A stretch of 59,777 nucleotides of DNA, filler included, from Platydemus manokwari (Eukaryota), in the NCBI GenBank assembly GCA_037951405.1. It is 5 parts of 5 records of this genome, joined end to end, with 100 filler letters (N's around TTAATTAATTAA, not from the genome) between each part and the next. Parts side by side here need not be neighbours in the genome. Positions count along the whole stretch, not along the records: positions 50,352 to 59,777 come from JBBMOY011250763.1; 4 more parts are not named here. One strand, written 5' to 3'. This document shows positions 51,704 through 59,777 of the stretch, piece after piece (position 1 is the stretch's first letter; each line of letters opens with the position of its first letter). The notes under the pieces were generated by a model that was not told the DNA's origin, searched no databases, and worked only from the letters and a program-made list of their open reading frames with translations. The position numbers and the translations under genes were made by a program.

Positions 51704-54143
51704 TTATTGATTCAATAAAATTCTCTCCAATCCAGATATGCGATTTTCTAATTCATTAATTTTCAAAATTAATTCATCTTCAGAATTGTTACGCATCTTC
51801 AATACTTCAATATGATTGTTTAAATGAGTAGTATTAGTTATCCCATTTGACTTTGAATTATCATTAGTGTCACTAGTTTTGTCACCGTTTACAACTTTTG
51901 AAATCATATTTAATTCTAAAAATATAAACGTTTAAAATTTAAATGTTTCAATTTAAGTCATACCATCAACTGCAATTGTACAAGTGCCACTCTTTTCTAA
52001 AATTGAAGTTAAAGATCCTTTCATTTGTGATATCAAATCAATAACAAATTTGTCCTTATTAATACGTATAACTTGCATTCCAAATTCATTTATATCGTCA
52101 CTAAGTCCGATAATATGACTAAAAATATCAGTTGCATGAACCCAAGCTTCCTTCTTTATATCAACATTTAATTGACAATGAAGAGCTAATCCAGGATTAG
52201 CTACTAGTTGATCATCAACATTTAGCAACATTTTATAATCAACCCATTCATCATTCCCATAATCAATGAAAAGTACGTGAATCTGAGGAGCATCGACACG
52301 TTTTGCTATTACTTTAGCTCGGAAAAACTCTGCATCTGACCCTGATATAATAAAAGGGGCAATAACTGCTTGGTTGACTTTTATCTCATCTAAGTTCTTA
52401 AATGGTGTACCATTATAATTAATATTTATTTTTTCTTGAATATCTGTCAGTGTTTTAAAAAAATCATCACGGCTAACTTGGACATAGAAATTAATGGGAG
52501 ATATAAAATGTGATACAGATACTTTATACGCTTTCCCAACAAAATCATTGAAATCGAGATCAATGTATTCAAAATCTTTTTTATGTGGTAAGTCAAATGT
52601 CACAATATATCTATTATTTCTTTTATATTGAGCAATAATAAACTGAGTACAATCTGCATTTAATGACTTTAGCAATACATCATCAGCACAAGATACAGAT
52701 TTATCTAATTCACAACTAATTGCATATGGTGGATCACTTTTGTGAATATCTTCCGGTGTATAGAGATTATCAATATTCACGTTGCTAATTTTTTCACCTG
52801 TATCAATTAATTGTATGTCAAATGAAAATAACTGCCTTCTTCTAATTAATGAACGAAATAATTGTGGATTATTGGAATTTTTTTTTTCATAAATGCAAAT
52901 ATCCCCTGGTGTGGGTAAAACAAATGGAGATTTCTTATTCTTCAGAATAACTTGGCGAATTTCTTGAAAATTAAGTACAAAATCATTTTGATTTTTATAC
53001 AAATATTTGGGAAAAGATGCATTTGAAACTTTCCCAGGTTTATGAATTGGAAGATCGTCGAATTTGATCGAAAATTTCTCTCTGATAAGTGTTTTGTGAG
53101 TCTGAATATATTTTTCTACTATTTCCTCTTCGTTTAAGAATAAGTTAACCAGTGGAACATAGTCATTAACAAATTCACCGAGCCAATATATTTTAACAAC
53201 CTTACCTTCTGACTCTTTCATAATAAATGACTTTAATTCGCTAACATCTGGACAGCCAAGTGATAATTTCAAAAATTGTTTAGGATATTGTTGCAATATA
53301 CCATTGGGTATTAATTTAATATCCCTTACTATATCTCCTGATGTACCCTCATCGACGAAAGCCACTTTGTAAGATCCGTCTTCCAAAATATCTAATAATT
53401 CTGCTCGATAATAACAATCATCTTCCCACTTTGCAAGATAGAAACTATGTATTTTTGGATTATCTACTGCTACCAAATTAGATTTTTGTGCATTTATTTT
53501 AGAAAGTGATTCGGATATTTCGATTTTTGAATTTTCAGTCAATTTTATTGGTCGCGCATAAATGTAATCAATATTATTTAACTCAACTATTTCTACTTCA
53601 ATCAGTTCCTTCATTTTTAGTTTGATATCATTTAATTTAACTTCATTATTTATAAAAGATGGTGGACTACTAATAATTTTGTTTTGCAAACCTCTACCTC
53701 TTCCTACATTTGCAAATCGAACGGAAACTTCTTGGTTATTTAATTGAGTTCTAGGACTATTCCCTCGTATATTATTACGCATTTGAGAATTTTCCATTCC
53801 TTCTAAACACTTTTTTGAAATAGAGGCCTTAATGGGATCACCAAAGGCATCGGAATTATCAGCTATTCTAACTGCTTCCAAAGCTTCATCTGCTGTTTTA
53901 AAGCCTACAAAGCTGAATTTATCGTAAAATAACATAGTAGAACTAAATGATACCATAGTTTCTGATTTTCATTTCGTCTATCGTCAATTATTTTAACTTT
54001 TAATACATTTCCTGCCGACGAAAATAAATTTTTGACCACTACCTATCAAATCATATTTCACTACATGCATACAAAAAACATTAACATACCTCACTAATAT
54101 TTTTGGGCAAATTAGTTAAAAACACATCACATGTAGAATCCAT
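51704..54143 (-). CDS. RRM + three Tudor domain protein with C-terminal coiled coil (TDRD/Vreteno-like), 767 aa
   Basis: Exons 54090-54143, 53954-54042, 51964-53912 and 51704-51915 are all GT-AG, in phase and stop-free (2304 nt). RRM: VFLTNLP (RNP2) and LCFVGF (RNP1). Tudor cores: YYRAEL..VAFVDEGT, LFRSLI..IQLIDTGE and FFRAKV..VLFIDYGN. A GRGRG motif lies between RRM and Tudor 1. Confidence 0.92.
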
Positions 54144-54959
54144 TTTTGATTACTACAGTGCGCTGATTAAAACAATTATCAAATTATGTTTACTAACATT
54201 AGAATATTATATACAAATTTCTGAAATAATTATCCAAAACTAAATTTTCTTTGCAATTAAATATTTTTGAAATAAGATTGAAAAAAAATTAATTGTGCAA
54301 ATTTTTACTTATCTTTTTCTTCCGAAATTATAGTTGAACCCTAAAAATGAAATTATTCCAAAAATGAACAAAACATTTATAAATTAATGTCGTAATATTC
54401 ATTTTTGAATATCCACTGCCTACTTAAACTAATTTTGGTATTTATTCCAAGCTTCGGTGATCTCAATTCATGTAATCACGATTTTAAGTTGACTTAATTT
54501 AGTAATACTGTAATTACACTGATCCTGCATAAATTAAAGTAAATAATAATTGAAATTACTTTAAGCATGTTCAAACAAGATATAAAGGAGCTGTAAAGAA
54601 GGTCTTCAATTATTTTAAATTAAATTAAAATTGGAAATCTTAATCATGCAAATTGCATTTCATTATAGAGATTTTGATAGTTAGTTTTAAGTTTATGAAG
54701 TTATTTGTGAAACTATGTGATGGCAAATAATATTGTTTGGATTCGGTTGTTTCAAACTCTCATGTTCTGCATTAATTCAATCCAAAAAAGTATGTTCGAC
54801 TTTATTTAAATTTGAAGTTTGTTATTATATGAAACAAAACTCTCGAAACCAATTTAATACTCTTATTTATGTAACCCCTCAGTCTACAAATCACTTCAAA
54901 TAAAGTTGCATGGTTAATCGAGACCACTTAGGTAATTAAGTGTATTTACATTCAAATAT

Positions 54960-55835
54960 GAAAGTAGCTGGTTGTAAATTGTAAATAAAATCATTCATAA
55001 GTCTCAAATCTTAAAGAAATCAGAGAATGAATAGGTTATATACTTAATAAAACCAAAGAAGATCCAAATAAAGACAATTAAGGTTTTAAAAGAAGGAATG
55101 CTTTCTATAATTTAGAAACCACATTCACAGAAATATATCCTTTGCAACAGCCATTTTGATTTTTTAAAGGTTATAGTAGATCGTTATATCTAATGATGAT
55201 TAGGTTAACTTTAAATATAAGTATAGTTATTAAGAAAAATTTATAAGACAAAAGGAGAAGAAAATTGACTATTAAGTCATTAAAATTTTGTATGTTAAAG
55301 TTAACTTTAAGTTCCCAGAATGAATTAAGCTCATTAGAAAGATAATATATTGACAAACCGAATCAGAAAAATTATTAAAATAGATATTCAAATTTTATTA
55401 TTATTCCAAAAAGATCAGTATTTATTAAAAAAAACAGACCAAAATATATACTAGTAGGATTCAAAGGTGACATCGAATGTACAGAAAATAACTAAAAACT
55501 TATTCAGATAATCGGTAATAACTAAATTAAATCATTAAGAGTAAAATTAAATAATTCCAACTATCCAATGAATAACATGCAATTTGATATAACAAACAAT
55601 AATCAAATAAATCGTATTTAGTTTATGTCAATTTATTCAAAGAATTTAAAAACAAACCACAATTAAATTTGTTAATTTTCGAAAGTTATACTCAAAATAT
55701 TTTGCTTTGATGTTACTGCTCAAGATGAAACATTAATAATACATATATGTAATGTAAATATAGAAATTGAAGATGATTTTGATTTAGAATGTAAAGCTTA
55801 TTGTTCTATATTAGAAGAAAAAGCCGTCTGAATAT
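54960..55835 (+). mobile_element. Polinton/Maverick (adintovirus-like) major capsid protein pseudogene
   Basis: Broken frames give, in order: N*GFKRR..F...YPL..PF*FFKGY, NRPKYILVGFK (55433), IKSLRVKLNNSNYP, KPQLNLLIFESY, IFCFDVTAQDE and AYCSILEEK. This is the motif order of the Polinton double-jelly-roll MCP. Confidence 0.75.
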
Positions 55836-55839
55836 TAAT

Positions 55840-56394
55840 TAAAGGGTGAAGATGTATACTATTCAAGACAAAGTTTGATATTTTTATTTAAAAAATGCTT
55901 TTAACGCCTTTTAAATGTTTTCATTTAAAAAATTAGTGACGATGAAAAACTTTTAAAACAAATGGTTAAAAACAAAAACCCAAAATCATTTAATTATAAT
56001 GGCGAAAGCATAAAATTAATTAAGGAAACTATTAATGAATTAAAAAAATTGACAATGAAATATATTGTAAAAAACAAAAAGAAGGTGGTTTACCTTCATT
56101 ATCAGCATTATCAGCAATTATAACATGTTTAGGTGGAGCTGTAGGTATCGCTGAATGAGTTAAAACTGCTGTAAACCAAGAAAAACATTGCTAAGAAAGC
56201 AGTCTTAGAGAGTAATAAAATAAAAGAAGAATTGAGATAAATAAAACAAGAAAACACTGGAGCTAAAGAAGTTGGCATCCAATTAAATCATTTTGAAGGT
56301 AAAGCTTTAAAGAATTTTACAAAAAAACGCTAGTTATGAAAAATCACCATTTCGAAAACATATGAAAGGTGAAGGAATTTATTTATCATCATAT
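55840..56394 (+). mobile_element. Polinton/Maverick pX-like (GG[F]LP) virion-associated ORF remnant
   Basis: EGGLPSLSALSAIITCLGGAVGIAE*VKTAVN at 56081, then GIQLNHFEGKAL and MKGEGIYLSSY; lies directly downstream of the MCP remnant. Confidence 0.65.
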
Positions 56395-59300
56395 ATATTG
56401 AGAATAAGGAAGAGATATTTAAGAAAATATTCATTAAAGGGCTTCTTAACAAGAGCTGCAAATTTGGATTAAAGCAATTGAACCCAAAGAATATAGATAA
56501 AGTTGTCAGTATTATCAAGGAAGATACTGATGTATCAAAGCCATAATCCGAATATTTGGATATGCCGTGGGATCTGATACATATAAAATCAGACCAAAAG
56601 GACATTATTAGCAGATAAAAAGCTGAGAATTTAAGGCTCAAGCAATACATAGCCAAATTAAAAGAGCGCCGAAACTCTTCGAAAATCAGATTGCAAGAGA
56701 AATCAATGGAGGACCTAACTAATTTCAAATGTAAACAAAAAGGACATTATGCTCGTTTTTGTAAGACAATTGAATGTTTTCGATGTGGTGATCCCCATCT
56801 GCAAAGATTCGGTGGTACAGATATCAAGAATGTCAAATACTTAAATACCGAAGAAGGAAGTATTATATCAGAAGAGGACAATGTCTAGAGCTTAGATATA
56901 CTTTCTGAGAAATGTTGTAATATGTTGGATATGGGTGACTGGAAACAAGTTAAGCCGAGAACGCCTAGGCACAATCAATTCAATTCGATCGAAGACAATT
57001 ATGCACAGTTTGTGAATGGTCAAGGAGCTAAACCAAGCCGAATGTACACAAAAGCAGATACGGTTATAACGAATCAAAGACCAGAAAAGGCACAAAATAA
57101 ACCAATAGTCGATTATAAAGTTGAAGATGAGAAAGCGAAGATACTATTTGACACGGGAGCTGTGCTTAATGTAATCAGCAAAGATTTAGTCAATGGACTA
57201 ATGAGAAAGGATGATTCAATCTAAATGAGGAGATCTCCTAACAAAATTAGATGTGCAAATGGATCAATAATAAAACCTTCAGGACAAGTTTATTTAAGAG
57301 TTGTAATTGGTACAGAAGAAATATTTCATTATTTTGATGTAGCGTTAGAACTATTCGCAGAATGTTTCATTGGAATACGTTATATGAAGAAGGATGGAAT
57401 TTCAGTCGTAAATGTGTAAGAATTGCATTAAAATAAAAGAGATTGAGATACCTTTTGTTCCTAAAACTCAAATAGAATCTTTAAACTGTTAGAGGTCGGG
57501 TTCAAAGGTCGGAATGCGACGGAAGTAGAAGAGAAGATCCAGAATAATAAACGAGTAATGTTTGCGAATGGTGTGCTGTTGGTAGATGGTGATTACTTTG
57601 TAAAAGCTATGGTTGTTGACGGAAATAGCAGAAAAGTAGATAGTTTTTAGGAGTATGTGTTTGTAGTAAATAAGATAAATATAGTGGAGAGGGATTTGAT
57701 TATAGCCAATTCGTTGCTTTAAGCAAATAACGAATATATTTTGAAAATGTTGCAGGAAATTGAGAATGGCAATAAAAAAGTTATACTGGAATGAATTTAG
57801 GTTGGGTAGAAGTATCAAATGAAATAAAGGGGGAGAACATTGGGAATTCAGTTGGGTGGTATAACTTATGTTCCCAAAAGAGAGAAAGTTAACTAGATGA
57901 AATATTAAAAAACATTGAACAGAACTTAGATGATAAACTGAATCCTGAGGATAAGAATAAACTTATGAGGGTTTTATCTTTATTACAGAAATAGTTTTAG
58001 TACAGGTCCAGAGGACTTAGGAAAATGCGAGATAGTGAAACATAGTATAAAAACAAACATTGATCAACCAATAGTTGTCAAACCTCGCAGAATTCCAGTG
58101 AGGTTAGAAGAAGAAGTTAAACATCTAATAGATGGAATGTTAGAATCAAAAGTTATTAGTCCAAGTAATTCAGCATGAAATTTCCCAATAGTGCTAGTCA
58201 AGAAAAAGGATGGAACGACCAGAATGTGGGTAGATTATAGGGAACTAAATGCAGCTACCTCCAGCCCAATTTTCCCTATACCAAATTCTGAAGAAATATT
58301 CGATGCTGTACAAAGAGCCAGATATTTTTCAACAATAGATTTGGCGAACGGATATCATCAAGTTGAATTGGAGGAAGAAGCAAAAGAAGAAACAGCATTC
58401 AGCACTAGATACCGACAGTTTCAGTTTAATCGAATGCCTTTTGGATTATGTTCAGCACCTGATACTTTTCAGAAACTTATGAATGTGTTATTCAAGACTG
58501 AAAATTGGACAAACTGTAATCTATCTAGATGATATTCTGATATTTGGAAGAACAGTCAATGAACACAATGAAAAGCTGAAAAGAGTTTTAAATCGAATCA
58601 ATGACTCCAAAAAATTTTTTTTTCTTAAGAAAAGAAATTAAGTATCTGGGACACGTGATTGACGAAAAGGGCATACGAACGGAAGAAGACAAGCTTGGGG
58701 TAATGCAAAATTGGTTAAAACTTCAATGTGTCAAGGAACTACAGGAACTTCTGGGATTATGTGTTTATTATAGGCGGTTTATAAAGAATTTTGCTGGTAT
58801 TGCCCAACCGTTATACCAATTACTGAAGAAAGAGAATAAATTTGAGTGGAACTATTTAGCAACTGCATCTTTTCACAAATTGAAGACATCATTAATTTCA
58901 CCTCCAGTTCTAAGTTTACCATGCAAAGAAGGGAAATATGTTTTGGATACTGATGCATCTTTCAGTGGTATAGCAGCTGTGCTTTCTAAAGTACAAAACG
59001 GTAACGAACGAATAATAGCGTATAGATCAAGAATATTGACGAAAGCGCAGCGTAAGTATTGTATAACAAGAAAAGATTTGCTAGCTATCCATGTTTTTGT
59101 TAAGAAATTTAAACACTACCTACATGGTAAGAAATTTATTGTCAGAATTGATCATGTAGTTCTGAAATGGTTGCTGAATTTGGATTCTCCGAATATATCG
59201 CAATATTGTATATTTTAAATGGAAATAGAATATAGAAAAGGTAAAGAACACATCAATGTAGATGAGATATCATGACTTCCACATTGTCAACAATGCTCTA

Positions 59301-59440
59301 TAAAGCATCAAAACCCACAAAAAAGGTGTAATATAATGACGGACTATGATAAAAGCGATTGATTGTGTCGAGTGGAACAAGACAAGTTTTTAGATCAGAA
59401 TAAAGGTGTAGAATTGAAAATGGTGATAAATGCAATTCTC
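56395..59440 (+). mobile_element. Degenerate Ty3/Gypsy LTR retrotransposon (gag zinc knuckles, protease, RT, RNase H)
   Basis: Zinc knuckles FKCKQKGHYARFC and CFRCGDPH; protease LFDTGA; RT VLVKKKDG..VDYRELN, TIDLANGYHQ, RMPFGL and YLDD; RNase H VLDTDAS. Stops and frameshifts throughout. Confidence 0.92.
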
Positions 59441-59455
59441 AGCGGAGTGTCATAG

Positions 59456-59777
59456 TGTTGGGGAAATGGCAAATTCAAAAACAATCCAATCCAAAAAACA
59501 ATAGCAATATTTTCCATTCAATCGAGATCAAAATTGTCTCGCTTTACTGCATAAAAACATTTAATACTGATGTATAATGTAGTAATTTATAATTGTAACA
59601 ATTTTTATAAATTGGTGTGCATCATGTATCAATTTTTGGGCTTGATTATTCAAGCATTAATTTTTGTAGCAATTTTGTGTAAAGCTTGTTTAATCAAGCA
59701 TTGTATTTTATTTTTAATAAATTTTTATAATCAAGCTTCTGGATGATTTGTTGAATCATTGAAAATAATAATAATAA
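59456..59777 (+). repeat. Possible LTR start (TGTTGGGGAAATGG...) running off the window end
   Basis: TGTTGGG start and an abrupt composition change after the pol fragment; the other end is not in the window. Confidence 0.25.

Noticed and set aside
53915-53956. ATG at 53956 as the Tudor gene start
   Set aside because: The following codons lie in a 41-nt GT-AG intron; upstream exons complete the RRM from the ATG at 54143.

Overview
AT-rich eukaryotic (metazoan) genomic DNA with short GT-AG introns. Its composition and element content fit a triclad planarian or a similar invertebrate, but the sequence alone does not prove this. The window consists of five contigs joined by 100-bp gaps, each carrying a TTAATTAATTAA six-frame-stop linker, so adjacency across gaps is not guaranteed. 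Only one host gene looks fully intact: a 4-exon, 767-aa RRM + three-Tudor protein (minus strand, 51704-54143), a candidate piRNA-pathway/germ-granule factor. Three recognisable host genes look eroded by internal deletions or stops: an EPS8-like PTB-SH3-SAM gene, a trypsin-like protease missing its Ser195 segment, and an ATG4C/D-like protease missing its DPH segment. Most of the rest is decayed mobile DNA. This includes a NeSL-clade RLE non-LTR retrotransposon with an Ulp1-like cysteine protease, Polinton/Maverick (adintovirus-like) capsid-module relics that the ORF track misses, several Ty3/Gypsy fragments with LTR/PPT, mariner, Tc1/mariner-like, Merlin and hAT remnants, fold-back MITEs, and a decayed minimal hammerhead-ribozyme motif. 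All family assignments come from manual motif recognition; no database searches were run.
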